The notes under the pieces are model-generated. The model made no database searches. It was given only the letters and a program-made list of their open reading frames with translations, and was not told the origin of the DNA. From Leptolyngbya sp. BL-A-14 (GTDB lineage Bacteria; Cyanobacteriota; Cyanobacteriia; Leptolyngbyales; Leptolyngbyaceae), in NCBI GenBank assembly GCA_041937185.1, contig CP166621.1, positions 2,068,571-2,132,570 on the forward strand: DNA of 64,000 nt, in the 5' to 3' direction. This document shows positions 32,708-42,967 of this stretch, in pieces. How positions within the stretch are numbered: the stretch's first letter is position 1; each line of letters opens with the position of its first letter. The position numbers and the translations under genes were made by a program.

Positions 32708-33871
32708 TTACAGTAAGCCCACCGCATGCAACGGACCGCGTCCCATCAAGATTTCGAGCAGCACAGCGAGAATGCCTAGCATCGCAAGCCGGCCATTCCA
32801 CACTTCGGCTGAAATTGTCATCCCCCATTCCCATCGTTCGGGAGGATACATTTTCACCTGCTTCTCTGGATGCATGACCTGAGCCAGTTTCAGATGAGGA
32901 GCATCGATCGCTTCCACAACCAGATCTGCCAGATCCTCGATAAAGCCAGGATGGGTATTGAGAGCCGGAACGCGGTGGAAGTTTTCAATGCCAGCTTCCT
33001 CTGCCAGTTCCCGATACTCCATATCGATTTCTTGCAGCGTTTCAATATGCTCTGAAACAAAGCTAATTGGCACAACGGCCAAATCTTTTACGCCTTGATC
33101 AGCCAGTTCCTGAAGTGCGTCATCGGTATAGGGTTGGAGCCACTCGACAGGACCGACACGACTTTGATACGCCAGCACATGCGGGTTAGGACGATTCAGC
33201 GTTCGCATGATGAGCGCTACACAAGCTTCAATTTCGCGCTGATAGGGATCGCCCGCCTCTTCGACATAGCTTACAGGCACGCCATGCGCGCTGAAGAAGA
33301 CGTGCACCTGATCGGGATTGGGAAACTGATCCAATTCATGTGCAATTAAATCTGCCATCGCCCGAAGGTAGCCGGGGCGATCGTACCAGGAGGGAATCGC
33401 CGTGTAGTCAATCTTCGCCAGACTGGGATCTTCTTGCCAAATTTGCTCTAACAGACGAAAGCTAGAGCCACTGGTACTGATGGAAAAGTGGGGATAGAGC
33501 GGCAAAATCACCAGCTGGTCAACCTGATCCCGCTTGATACGAGCGATCGCTTCTTCTGTGTAGGGGTGCCAGTAGCGCATACCCACATAAACGCTTGCAT
33601 CATGCCCTTTTTGCCGTAGTGCTGCCTGGAGTGCTTGAGCCTGTTCTTCTGTGATGCGTCGCAGTGGTGAACCGCCACCAATTTGCCGATAGTTTTCCTG
33701 CGATTTTTTTGCCCGTGTGGTTGAAATTAACCAGGCAAGTGGACGTTGCAGCCAGGGAAATGGCAGGCGAATAATCTCCGGATCGGAGAATAAGTTGAAC
33801 AGAAAGGGACGAACATCCTCCAAATGGTCTGGTCCGCCCAGATTTAGCAGCAATACCCCAAATCGACCCAT
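32708..33871 (-). CDS. hemH: Ferrochelatase with C-terminal CAB (chlorophyll a/b-binding-like) helix
   Basis: Ferrochelatase core. C-terminal [18 protein letters not shown] motif typical of cyanobacterial HemH. Confidence 0.9.
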   Translation of the reverse strand: MGRFGVLLLNLGGPDHLEDVRPFLFNLFSDPEIIRLPFPWLQRPLAWLISTTRAKKSQENYRQIGGGSPLRRITEEQAQALQAALRQKGHDASVYVGMRYWHPYTEEAIARIKRDQVDQLVILPLYPHFSISTSGSSFRLLEQIWQEDPSLAKIDYTAIPSWYDRPGYLRAMADLIAHELDQFPNPDQVHVFFSAHGVPVSYVEEAGDPYQREIEACVALIMRTLNRPNPHVLAYQSRVGPVEWLQPYTDDALQELADQGVKDLAVVPISFVSEHIETLQEIDMEYRELAEEAGIENFHRVPALNTHPGFIEDLADLVVEAIDAPHLKLAQVMHPEKQVKMYPPERWEWGMTISAEVWNGRLAMLGILAVLLEILMGRGPLHAVGLL

Positions 33872-34094
33872 AACGGCTACAGCTTTTTCTTGCTCTCAGG
33901 TTTGTAACTGATTTTAACCTTATGTCTGGAGCAAGGTAGGCTAGAGAGTCACAGATCGCGGATTTTCCCTGAAAGTTCGTAACAGAACGTTAAATTTGTC
34001 GCGACGATCGAGGCAACAAATGTACTATAAGCGGCGATCGCCCTTCTAGAATTGATCGCAAGGACTCTAACATCTCACTGACGTTTGCTTTGTT

Positions 34095-35294
34095 ATGACG
34101 GATGCCAACGCCGCGATCGACGCTCGCATTAGCCAAACCAATCAGCGGTTGAAAGCAGCCCAGATGGGCTTTCAGATTGAGCGACGAGGGCAAAAGCTGG
34201 GACTACGAGGAATGTTGCCGCCGCGTCCAGGCAGTTTACGCTTGAAACCGACTCAACAGCGTTTAAGCCTTGGTTTACCCGCCACACCTGCGGGCTTAAA
34301 GCAGGCAGAACAAACGATCAAAATCATCGCTGCCCAACTAATTCAAAACACCTTTGACTGGCGTAACTATGCTGATGGGGCTGGCTGGGGACGACTCGAC
34401 CAGATGGGGTTGGCACAACAAGCGGAAGCCTTTAAGCACCAGTTTTTTGCCGATTCAACCCGCGTCAGTCATCCTGCTTCTGCCAAAACGACCTGGGACG
34501 GGGCCTATGCTCCCTATTTGCGGAAACTGGAGGCGATCGCGCAAGCAAACCCCCAACTCAGTTTTGTCGAAGCCATTTACGCCACGGTGCGAGCAACAGA
34601 AGACCATTCGCGTAGCCGACAGCTTTGCTGTACGACGCTTGGTGCGTTTGCCGATTTCTTAAAGGTAGAATTGCCGATCGACCTCAAAACCTTTTGGGGA
34701 CGCTACGGTGTCAGTCAGGCGCAAGCCCGCGAACTACCGTCTGATGAGTTAATCGTTTCAACCTGGGCGACGATCCCCAATCCACACTGGCAGTTTGTTT
34801 ATGCCGTGATGGCAACCTATGGCTTGAGAAATCATGAAGTTTTCTTCTGTGATTACTCAGCACTCCTGCAAGGCAACCCTGAAGCAACCATTCGCGTTCT
34901 CAACACAACAAAAACGGGTATGCATGATGTCTGGCCGTTCTATCCTGAATGGGTAGAGCAGTTTAATTTGCGATCGCTCCAGCTACCCACCATCCAAACC
35001 GATCTCAGTCAGACCACACTGCAACGAGTTGGTCAGCGCGTCACCTCCCAATTCCGCCGCTATGGCTTGCCCTTCTCACCGTACAATTTGCGTCATGCGT
35101 GGGCTATCCGCACCATCCACTTTGGCTTACCCGATACGGTGGCTGCCCGGATGATGGGCCACTCCGTTGCCGTCCACAATCGCACGTATCATCAATGGCT
35201 GACTCACCGTGACCAGCAGCAGGCAGTGAAGACCGCGTTGAGTCGGAGTCAGTTGGCTGCACCGGGAGGGGGAGGGATGAGGGATGGGGGATGA
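34095..35294 (+). CDS. Tyrosine-type recombinase/integrase family protein with atypical N-terminal domain
   Basis: Catalytic motifs GLRNHE, LRHAWAIR, MGHS and RTYHQW (R, H-x-x-R, H, Y). Confidence 0.6.
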   Translation: MTDANAAIDARISQTNQRLKAAQMGFQIERRGQKLGLRGMLPPRPGSLRLKPTQQRLSLGLPATPAGLKQAEQTIKIIAAQLIQNTFDWRNYADGAGWGRLDQMGLAQQAEAFKHQFFADSTRVSHPASAKTTWDGAYAPYLRKLEAIAQANPQLSFVEAIYATVRATEDHSRSRQLCCTTLGAFADFLKVELPIDLKTFWGRYGVSQAQARELPSDELIVSTWATIPNPHWQFVYAVMATYGLRNHEVFFCDYSALLQGNPEATIRVLNTTKTGMHDVWPFYPEWVEQFNLRSLQLPTIQTDLSQTTLQRVGQRVTSQFRRYGLPFSPYNLRHAWAIRTIHFGLPDTVAARMMGHSVAVHNRTYHQWLTHRDQQQAVKTALSRSQLAAPGGGGMRDGG

Positions 35295-35450
35295 GGGATG
35301 AGGGCGGAAGGCTAAAGGCTAAAGGTAACTTCTGGCTCCTGACCCCTGACTTCTAACTCATGGCTCCCCTTGCCTCCCCTGCTCCCCTTGCCTCCCTTGC
35401 TTCCCCTGCTCCCTCCGCTTCCCCTGCCTTTGCCCCCTCACCCCGCACCT
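35281..35450. repeat. Purine-tract then pyrimidine-tract heptamer repeat block
   Basis: gggatgggggatgagggatgagggcggaaggctaaaggctaaagg ... tccccttgcctcccctgctccccttgcctcccttgc read directly. Confidence 0.75.
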
Positions 35451-35453
35451 CCT

Positions 35454-36083
35454 ATGGCAACCATTCTCAGAGACTGGAGTTATCAATATCAGTGGGTCTA
35501 CGACAGCTTTGCGCGGTTGGCGGCGTTGAGTGTGGGTGGAGAGCGCCGGTTTCGGCAACTCGCGCTAGAAGGGGTGCCGATCGCGCCCGAAACCACGGTG
35601 CTTGACTTGTGCTGTGGCAGTGGGCAAACAACGCAATTTTTGGTGGAGCGATCGCATCACGTGACCGGACTGGATGCTTCACCGCTGTCGCTCAAGCGTG
35701 CTGAGAAAAACGTTCCGCAGGCAACCTATATCGAAGCCTTCGCAGAAGCGATGCCTTTTCCCGACAACCACTTTGATGTGGTGCATACCAGTGTGGCGCT
35801 GCACGAAATGGAAGCACAGCAACTCCAGCAAATTTTGAAGGAAGTGCAGCGCGTCCTGCGACCCGGTGGTTATTTCGCGCTGGTTGATTTTCACAAACCG
35901 ACCAACCCTCTTTTTGTACCCGGACTAACGCTGTTTTTATTGCTGTTTGAAACCGAGACGGCATGGGCATTGATCAATTCAGATCTCGCGGCACAGCTTG
36001 AAGCAACTGACTTTCAGCTTATGAAACAAACGCTGCATGCGGGCGGTAGCCTTCAGGTGATTCAGGCGAAAAAGCGTTCCTGA
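35454..36083 (+). CDS. Class I SAM-dependent methyltransferase
   Basis: Motif I LDLCCGSGQ. Start moved to the ATG at 35454. The 5' extension of the ORF is a translation of the pyrimidine-rich repeat. Confidence 0.8.
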   Translation: MATILRDWSYQYQWVYDSFARLAALSVGGERRFRQLALEGVPIAPETTVLDLCCGSGQTTQFLVERSHHVTGLDASPLSLKRAEKNVPQATYIEAFAEAMPFPDNHFDVVHTSVALHEMEAQQLQQILKEVQRVLRPGGYFALVDFHKPTNPLFVPGLTLFLLLFETETAWALINSDLAAQLEATDFQLMKQTLHAGGSLQVIQAKKRS

Positions 36084-36088
36084 GACTA

Positions 36089-36655
36089 ATGATGGATAAA
36101 CAGGCATTGCGGAAAGAGTTGCTTGCTCAACGTCAAGCGATCGCGCCTGAGATTTGGCAAACAAAGAGCGATCAGCTTTGCCATCAGTTGCGATCATCTC
36201 CTCTGTTTACCCAGGCTCAGACGGTGCTGGCATACTTTAGCATTCGGCAGGAACCAGATCTGCGTACGCTGTTTGCGCTGGAGAAAGTTTGGGGCTTTCC
36301 GCGTTGCGTGGGCAAGACACTGCACTGGCATACGTGGAGTCCGCAAGCCTCTCTGCCGCTTCAGACGGGAGCCTACGGCATTCTAGAACCCCATCCCGAC
36401 TCGCCAATGCTAACTCCCGAACAGGTCGATTTGCTGTTAGTGCCCGCGATCGCCTGCGATCAACGAGGCTATCGGTTAGGCTATGGCGGTGGCTTCTACG
36501 ATCGGCTGTTAGCCTCACCCGACTGGGCAGCAAAACCGACGATCGGCATTGTTTTCGACCAGGCGTACCTGCCTGCACTACCAGACGATCCGTGGGATCG
36601 ACCGCTCACAGCTATATGTACCGAAAACGGGTTCTTTCGCTCAACGCTTTCTTGA
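36089..36655 (+). CDS. 5-formyltetrahydrofolate cyclo-ligase
   Basis: KxxLR N-terminus, GYGGGFYDR motif, 188 aa. Confidence 0.8.
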   Translation: MMDKQALRKELLAQRQAIAPEIWQTKSDQLCHQLRSSPLFTQAQTVLAYFSIRQEPDLRTLFALEKVWGFPRCVGKTLHWHTWSPQASLPLQTGAYGILEPHPDSPMLTPEQVDLLLVPAIACDQRGYRLGYGGGFYDRLLASPDWAAKPTIGIVFDQAYLPALPDDPWDRPLTAICTENGFFRSTLS

Positions 36656-36916
36656 GGAAATGGTTAAGGGTCGATCGCTCCTGCGTCAAAACAATTCTCG
36701 CTTACAGCTTGACAGTAACCTTCCGTAATAGCGATACTGATTAACTGGCTGTCTATTCCTGCTCGGAACAGGTCAGGCACACAAAAAGCCTACGGACAAG
36801 TGACGAGTCGAAGGGTTTGAGCGTTGAATAAGCCACCATTGGTTTAACTCAAAACTCCTAACTCAAAACTTAAAACTACTCCAGGCTACCTGTACGGCAA
36901 CTTTCAGGACTATCTC

Positions 36917-37312
36917 ATGACTACTTACGCAATTATCGAAGCGGGCGGCAAACAGATTCGGGTAGAACCCGGTCGGTTCTACGACATCAATCGCCTTCCG
37001 GCCGAACCCGATACTCAAATTACGATCGACAAAGTGCTGTTTGTTCAAGAAGACGGCAACATCAGCGTTGGGCAGCCTCTCGTTGAGGGCGCTACCGTCG
37101 AAGCAACCGTGATGCAGCATCTGCGCGATCGCAAGATCATCGTCTATAAGATGCGCCCCAAGAAGAAAACCCGCAAAAAGCAAGGGCATCGTCAAGACCT
37201 TACCCGGTTGATGATTGATAGCATTAACGTGGGCGGTTCTAGCTCCAAAGCAGCGAAGAAAGCCGCGCCAGCAGAAGAATCTGCGCCAGAAGCAGAGGCT
37301 GACGAAGCGTAG
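36917..37312 (+). CDS. rplU: 50S ribosomal protein L21 (with Ala/Glu-rich C-terminal extension)
   Basis: [19 protein letters not shown]... canonical L21. Confidence 0.95.
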   Translation: MTTYAIIEAGGKQIRVEPGRFYDINRLPAEPDTQITIDKVLFVQEDGNISVGQPLVEGATVEATVMQHLRDRKIIVYKMRPKKKTRKKQGHRQDLTRLMIDSINVGGSSSKAAKKAAPAEESAPEAEADEA

Positions 37313-37433
37313 ATAGACTGCGATCGAGCCGCCCCTTTAGCTGCAACGCTAAATACGGCTTCGGCGATCGATGACTGATGTGAATTAGACTTCTGTTAGA
37401 AGCGTCTGTTAAAAACGAAAGGCTGGGAGAACT

Positions 37434-37727
37434 ATGGCTCATAAAAAAGGTACAGGCAGTACACGTAACGGTCGCGACTCAAATGCTCAGCGCCTGGGCG
37501 TTAAGCGCTATGGCGGGCAGACCGTGAAAGCAGGCAACATTTTGATCCGTCAGCGTGGTACTAAGATTCACCCCGGCAACAATGTTGGTCGCGGTAGTGA
37601 CGACACGCTGTTTGCCTTGATCAACGGCATCGTGACATTCGAGCGTTACGGCAAGAGCAAGAAGAAAGTGAGCGTTTATCCTGTTGCGGAAACAGCCGCC
37701 GCTGCACCTGTGGCAGTTGAAGCATAG
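37434..37727 (+). CDS. rpmA: 50S ribosomal protein L27
   Basis: [29 protein letters not shown] canonical L27. Confidence 0.95.
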   Translation: MAHKKGTGSTRNGRDSNAQRLGVKRYGGQTVKAGNILIRQRGTKIHPGNNVGRGSDDTLFALINGIVTFERYGKSKKKVSVYPVAETAAAAPVAVEA

Positions 37728-37825
37728 GGCTTTGCAAAAAGGCTTACTCATTAATTTTGTGTACTCCCAGTGCCTTGTCTCGTTCTGAGATCGCAAGACA
37801 CTGGGAGTTTTGTTTGGGAAAAAAC

Positions 37826-39451
37826 TCAAGAAACCTTGCCGCCCCGAAATCCATAGCCTTTGACAAGATAATAGTTTTTAATCCAGATGCCGAACCGTGA
37901 GATCGCGATCGTCGTTCGTTCTGAGGTGCGATCGAACTGGGCCAGCAATTTCGGTTGAATCGGATGCCAGTCATCCGACAAAATCAGCGCATTACGACCT
38001 TTGAAAGCGGCATCGCTAGTGTACCAAAAGTCAAATTGGTCAATGCGATCGGAAATTGCCATCACGTTTTTATCATTCAATTGATAGGCCAAAGCTGATG
38101 CAGAACGGTAATCTGTTGTCACTAAAAATGGCTCGCCATTGACTGCCTCTGCCTGCGTTTTAACGACTGCTGCTACCTGATTCCACCCAAACAACATCCG
38201 CGAATCTGGGTCAGTTTCTTTGTCGAACAAGGCTGATAGTGGAAAAATGCTGTAATGCACAACTAACAGCGTTGCAAACAACAATCCATAGCACTGTGCG
38301 GCAAAGAAAAGAGGCTTGCGGGGCAAGAAGTGAAGAGAGTTCTGAGGTTTAACTTCTGACTCCTGCCTCCTTCCGACGCGTCTGTCGCCTGCTTCGCCTG
38401 TGGCGCTAGAAACGTTGTCTCCTGGTTCCTTCTCAAAAACTGCTGGCAGCAACGGAAACAGTAACAAATATGCTGTGATATTCCAGTAATACAATGCCGC
38501 AGAGAGGAGTGAAATTCCCGTAAGCGTAATGCTAGAGATGATAAAGACCCAAAACGCAACGGCTGGATAAACAGTGCGGTTGCCAAGCGATCGCTCAGCC
38601 CGTTTCAACCCTTTAAAAAAGCCAAAGCAAAGCATCGGCGAAACGAGCAAAATCGAGAACAGCACAAAGTTGAAGAAGGGCGAAAATTTGAGGCTAAATC
38701 CTTCTGTGCCAACGCTACGATCGACGTAATAGCGAAACGACTGGAAATCATTAGAAACATTCCACAACACGATAGGTATTAAGGCAGTCAGTGCGATCGC
38801 CACTGCAAAATAAAGTCGTCGATCGCGCCATAAGGGACGTAACCGCTTATCTGCTATCAACGTTGCTGCAAAACCCAGGATGACGAAAACCGCATTGTAT
38901 TTGGATAATATCGCCAGCGAGATCGCTCCTGCTGCCCCATACAAACGCCAGCTTTCACCCTTGCTATTCTCTATATAGCGATCGAGAAAGCGAATGAATT
39001 GATAGGCCGAAACTAATGTCAATGTAATGAGTAGATGGTCATGCCATGCCAATGCTAAGAATAAAAAATAGAGTGGTGATGCCAGTATTAGTAAGACAAT
39101 CAACCAGAAAAAACGTTGAAATCTCTCACCATGCAAATAACGAATCAGCCGATAATAGGTGTAAAAAAAGATCGCATTACTCAATACATTGGGCAACCGC
39201 AATGTAAATGTAGAACGCCCTAAAATCGCCGTAAAAAATCCTTGCACCCATGCTTCTAGCGGTGGATGATCGTAGTAGGAAAGTGCTGGATGTTGTCCCC
39301 ATAGCCAGTAATATGCCTCATCAGGATTGGGAAAGGTTGCGAACCAAAAGACCAATCGCAGACAGATAAAGGTAATAAGAAACGGCGAAAACGATCCGGG
39401 CATGAGAAAAGCCTTGTTAAATAGTGCCAATTTGTCAGAAAAGCCTGCCAC
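37826..39451 (-). CDS. GT39/ArnT-type membrane glycosyltransferase (PMT family)
   Basis: PNPDEAYYW...DHPPL motif. Polytopic membrane protein. Confidence 0.75.
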   Translation of the reverse strand: MAGFSDKLALFNKAFLMPGSFSPFLITFICLRLVFWFATFPNPDEAYYWLWGQHPALSYYDHPPLEAWVQGFFTAILGRSTFTLRLPNVLSNAIFFYTYYRLIRYLHGERFQRFFWLIVLLILASPLYFLFLALAWHDHLLITLTLVSAYQFIRFLDRYIENSKGESWRLYGAAGAISLAILSKYNAVFVILGFAATLIADKRLRPLWRDRRLYFAVAIALTALIPIVLWNVSNDFQSFRYYVDRSVGTEGFSLKFSPFFNFVLFSILLVSPMLCFGFFKGLKRAERSLGNRTVYPAVAFWVFIISSITLTGISLLSAALYYWNITAYLLLFPLLPAVFEKEPGDNVSSATGEAGDRRVGRRQESEVKPQNSLHFLPRKPLFFAAQCYGLLFATLLVVHYSIFPLSALFDKETDPDSRMLFGWNQVAAVVKTQAEAVNGEPFLVTTDYRSASALAYQLNDKNVMAISDRIDQFDFWYTSDAAFKGRNALILSDDWHPIQPKLLAQFDRTSERTTIAISRFGIWIKNYYLVKGYGFRGGKVS

Positions 39452-39610
39452 ATTACGAATGGTATTGGTGACTCTAACTCGCGATCGAAGCGATTCTGGC
39501 TATAGAAATCTAGCAGTCTGGTACGACGTTAAAGCAAAACATCTTCCTGCGGTCGATACAATTATGAAGGGCAGTAGCTTTGCGGTGCCTTACAGTTATG
39601 AGCCTCATGC

Positions 39611-40735
39611 ATGAATCAGTATTTTGCAACAGTGGCGCGGGGGCTAGAAACGCTGGCAGCGCAGGAGTTAGAGCAGTTGGGTGCCAGTGCGGTAGAGCCA
39701 GGATTTTGTGGCGTTGCGTTTGCAGGCGATCGGACGCTGCTGTATCGCGTTAACCTCTGGGCTAGATTACCATTCCGTATCCTCATGAAGCTGCATGAGT
39801 TTCCTTGTAAGGATGCAGAGGAACTCTATCAGGGGATTCAATCGATCGAGTGGTCGCAGTATCTCACCCCCGACCTGACGCTAGCCGTTAACGCAACGGG
39901 CAAAAGCGAACAGCTTAACCATACTCATTTCACCGCGCTGCAAGTTAAACGGGCGATCGTCGAGCAGCAGCAAGAACAGACGGGCGATCGCTCCAATGTG
40001 GAACTGCAATCACCGGATGTGCAAATCAGCGTCCATCTCGAACGCGACACGTGTACCGTCAGCCTGGATAGTTCGGGTCAAAGTTTGCACCGCCGAGGCT
40101 ACCGTCCGGCGGTTGGCGCTGCACCACTGAAGGAATCGCTGGCAGCAGCGCTCATCCAACTATCAGGTTGGCAGCCAGAGCAAATGTTTTACGATCCGCT
40201 CTGTGGCTCTGGCACGTTGCCCTTAGAAGCGAGTTTGAAAGCGCTTAATATTGCTCCCGGTCTATTTCGCGATCGCTTTGGCTTTGAAACCTGGTTGGAT
40301 GCCGATCTGCCTTTGCTAGAAAAGCTGATTCAAGCGGCAGAAGACAGCCAGCGAGAAAGTCTTCCGGCACCGATTTGGGGCAGCGATCGCGATGAGAATG
40401 TCATTGAGCAGGCGATCGCCAATGCAACCAACTGCGGTGTGTCGAATCACGTTTATTTCACGGCGATCGACCTTGAAGACGTGGCTGCACCCACCGACAG
40501 CGGCGTTTTATTCTGCAATCCACCCTATGGCGAACGGCTAGGACGAGATAGCGATTTAGGCGTGTTTTACAAACGTCTGGGCGATGTGCTGAAGCAACGC
40601 TTTAAAGGTTGGACAGCCTTTGTGCTGAGTGGGAATAAGGAACTCGCGCAGTCGATCGGGCTGAAATCGTCCCAACGGTTTGCGGTCTACAATGGCACGT
40701 TGCCCTGCCAATTGATGAAGTATGAACTGTACTGA
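39611..40735 (+). CDS. THUMP-domain RNA methyltransferase (RlmL/COG0116-like)
   Basis: DPLCGSGTLPLEA and NPPYGERL motifs. Confidence 0.8.
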   Translation: MNQYFATVARGLETLAAQELEQLGASAVEPGFCGVAFAGDRTLLYRVNLWARLPFRILMKLHEFPCKDAEELYQGIQSIEWSQYLTPDLTLAVNATGKSEQLNHTHFTALQVKRAIVEQQQEQTGDRSNVELQSPDVQISVHLERDTCTVSLDSSGQSLHRRGYRPAVGAAPLKESLAAALIQLSGWQPEQMFYDPLCGSGTLPLEASLKALNIAPGLFRDRFGFETWLDADLPLLEKLIQAAEDSQRESLPAPIWGSDRDENVIEQAIANATNCGVSNHVYFTAIDLEDVAAPTDSGVLFCNPPYGERLGRDSDLGVFYKRLGDVLKQRFKGWTAFVLSGNKELAQSIGLKSSQRFAVYNGTLPCQLMKYELY

Positions 40736-41016
40736 ATGAGACCAAAAGGCTTGATAAGGCTCAATTCAATGACTGGAAAGGGGGCGACCAAGCTGAATCT
40801 GAATTATGCAGAAAGATTCTAGCTAGCCAAGCCAAATGCCGCGATAAATGAGGTGAATTCAAAGTGGCTGTAGAGTTTGCAATTTTCCAATGATTTAGTC
40901 TTGCGATCGTGCGCTCCAGTTTATCTTGTGATAGTACAGCGCAACGCACCAATTGATTGCCAATCATACAATTTATGTCTCCAATCGATTTACTAGAATT
41001 GCGTCAAAGTTGAAGG

Positions 41017-41047
41017 GCATCTAACAGGCTTAGATGCCCTTCTCTAG
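41017..41047. terminator. Perfect 12-bp stem hairpin in the spacer after the Coq4 C-terminal fragment and the THUMP gene
   Basis: gaagggcatcta-acaggc-ttagatgcccttc. No clear U-run. Confidence 0.35.
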
Positions 41048-41589
41048 TCTGATTAAGGGAAGAAGATGTCCTCAACAGTTGACTAGTAGGCGGTTCACCG
41101 TGAGGATAGGGCGATCGCATCCCGCAGATAAGGACGGCTATACCAACTCCAGAGTCCTTCGGTCACTGGCACAATGTTTAATTCGGCACGCCACTCGTCG
41201 ATAGGGCGTTCCAGTCCTTCTTCAAACTTCGCCGGAAACAAGGGTTTCGCTTGCCGTGCAATGCGGATGCCTTGAGAAACCAGGTCAAACTTATATTCCA
41301 GAGGAGAATCGATGCCTTCCGGTGCTTGATTAGCCATGAACGCTAGCAACGAACCAACCAAATCAATGAACGTGAATGCGGGATAGCCAATCTGCCCAAC
41401 CGTCACTGAAATCACTCCCAGTTCACCGTAGTCGTCAAAACTAAAGCCCGTCAAAATATGATGCAGATCATGAGTTTTGCGAACGCGATGGGTAATGTAA
41501 TCGACATCTGATTCAATTTTTCGGAGGCGATAGAACCGTGGATCATAGTTCATGGCACTGAGCACCTGAGCATACAGCGTGTTGCATAA

Positions 41590-42024
41590 CTAATTGGTAC
41601 AGTAACAGCAGTGAGCAAAGTAGTTTCGCAAGTCCCTACTCGAACAGAGGCTAACGCCCAGTTGTAATAGCTTTGTAATGGTTTCTACACTCTTCGGTAC
41701 AAACCGCCGGATAAACGACTTCAACTGCCACCACAGGTGTTCAATCGGGTTGAACTCAGGTGAGTACGGCGATAAGTAAACAACCCTGGCTCCGACCGCT
41801 TCGATCATCTGCTCTATCCCTTCAACTTTATGGGCTTTGAGGTTATCCATCACCACCACTGCCCCCGGCCACAACTTCGGGACGAGACGTGCGGACACAA
41901 ACTGTTTGAAGTCTTCTCCTGTCATCGATTTGCCCAACGTTTGCATCGCCAGGATGGCGGTTTGACTAATCGCCCCAACGACGGTGATCCGGCGACCGCG
42001 GTAGAAGGGTTTGAGGTCATACAC
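41590..42024 (-). CDS. IS630 transposase, C-terminal DDE_3 part (frameshifted relative to the HTH part)
   Basis: VVVMDNLKAHK...YLSPYSPEFNPIEHLW DDE_3 motifs. Confidence 0.75.
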   Translation of the reverse strand: MYDLKPFYRGRRITVVGAISQTAILAMQTLGKSMTGEDFKQFVSARLVPKLWPGAVVVMDNLKAHKVEGIEQMIEAVGARVVYLSPYSPEFNPIEHLWWQLKSFIRRFVPKSVETITKLLQLGVSLCSSRDLRNYFAHCCYCTN

Positions 42025-42152
42025 TCGTTGTCCCTTACAACTTCTTCCCGGGTCTGCTTAACCCTTGCAGCACTCCCATCTCGTCCAGGAAGACTAAATT
42101 TTCTGGCAGAACCGTACTGATCGTCCGCCAGTAGGCAACTCGTTGTGCTTGC

Positions 42153-42533
42153 TTATCCGCTGCTGCGGCTTGAGCACTGCGACAGGTTTTTTTTAACCGT
42201 TAACTGCTGTTTTTGCAAGAATCGGCACATCGTACTTTCACTCACACTCACCCCGGTTTTGTCTTGCCAATACTCGCAATACTCTGCCAATGTATAGTCC
42301 TGGTGTGTCTCAACCATCTCTGCGATGTTCTGTTCATAGCCTGCCAGTTGGCTTGCCTTACCGCCTGTTGCTGGAGCAGGCTTCAGTGTTCCTGTGGCTT
42401 GCTTGCGCTTGAGCAACGACTGAACCGTATTTTTGCTGACCTGAAATCTCTCTGCTACCTTCCGAATCGAAGTATTGCCTGTCTCATAGGTACTGATAAT
42501 TTTTTCGCGTAGGTCGAGGGAGTAGGGCTTCAT
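42153..42533 (-). CDS. IS630 transposase, N-terminal HTH part
   Basis: MKPYSLDLREKII...IRKVAERFQVSKNTV helix-turn-helix. Separate frame from the DDE part. Confidence 0.7.
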   Translation of the reverse strand: MKPYSLDLREKIISTYETGNTSIRKVAERFQVSKNTVQSLLKRKQATGTLKPAPATGGKASQLAGYEQNIAEMVETHQDYTLAEYCEYWQDKTGVSVSESTMCRFLQKQQLTVKKNLSQCSSRSSG

Positions 42534-42967
42534 AGCTATCCAAGTGGAAGACTCTCTCTATTGTGCCAAACCGTCGTGCAAAACGCTGTAAGTCCAACCC
42601 AATGAGCCTTCCGGCAGCTTCAGCAAGGTTTCCAGATCAAACTCTGGACCCATATAACGCTCATCAACTAATTGTGCTGAGTCTGGATTTTGACGGACAA
42701 TCTGCAAACACCTTTTCATTGGCCCACTATCAGTCAAAGCATCCTCAATATCGAAGATGTTTTGCGTGTCAACTCTCCCCCCAGCAACCATGTCAACTAA
42801 AGACAGCAGTTTATCAACATTTTCAGGGGTTGCTAGTTCGTTGATATATTTGAATCCCATGATTGTTACCTCGCGGTGCGTTGTTTGTTTTCGACAACTG
42901 CATCCTACGGTGACTCCACAGGTAAGCAACAGGGTCTTTTTTTGATATAGGTCAAATTTGATCTTGA

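Larger units (their letters stand above)
41575..42588 (-). mobile_element. IS630-family insertion sequence (1014 bp) with TA target-site duplication
   Basis: Imperfect ~27-bp terminal inverted repeats CAGCGTGTTGCA... / CAGCGTTTTGCA... TA at 41573-41574 and 42589-42590. Confidence 0.75.
41095..42860 (-). pseudogene. Coq4-family (ubiquinone-biosynthesis COQ4 homolog) gene interrupted by an IS630 element
   Basis: The N-terminal fragment (42860 down to 42591, ...LPEGSLGWT) and C-terminal fragment (41572 down to 41095, YAQVLSAMNYDPRFYRL...HDLHHILTG) join seamlessly across a TA. The joined sequence matches the Coq4 LPEGSLG...HDxxH architecture. Confidence 0.7.

Noticed and set aside
35281-35450. 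CRISPR-like appearance of the repeated spacer motifs
   Set aside because: The units are 7-14 nt, degenerate and contiguous, without unique spacers, and no cas genes are nearby. They are STRR-like simple repeats, not CRISPR.
35370-35453. N-terminal extension MPPLLPLPPLLPLLPPLPLPLPP of the methyltransferase ORF
   Set aside because: It is a translation of the pyrimidine-rich spacer repeat. A proper ATG at 35454 gives a normal methyltransferase N-terminus.
36863-37195. 110-aa minus-strand ORF
   Set aside because: It lies antisense to the strongly conserved rplU and is a frame artefact.
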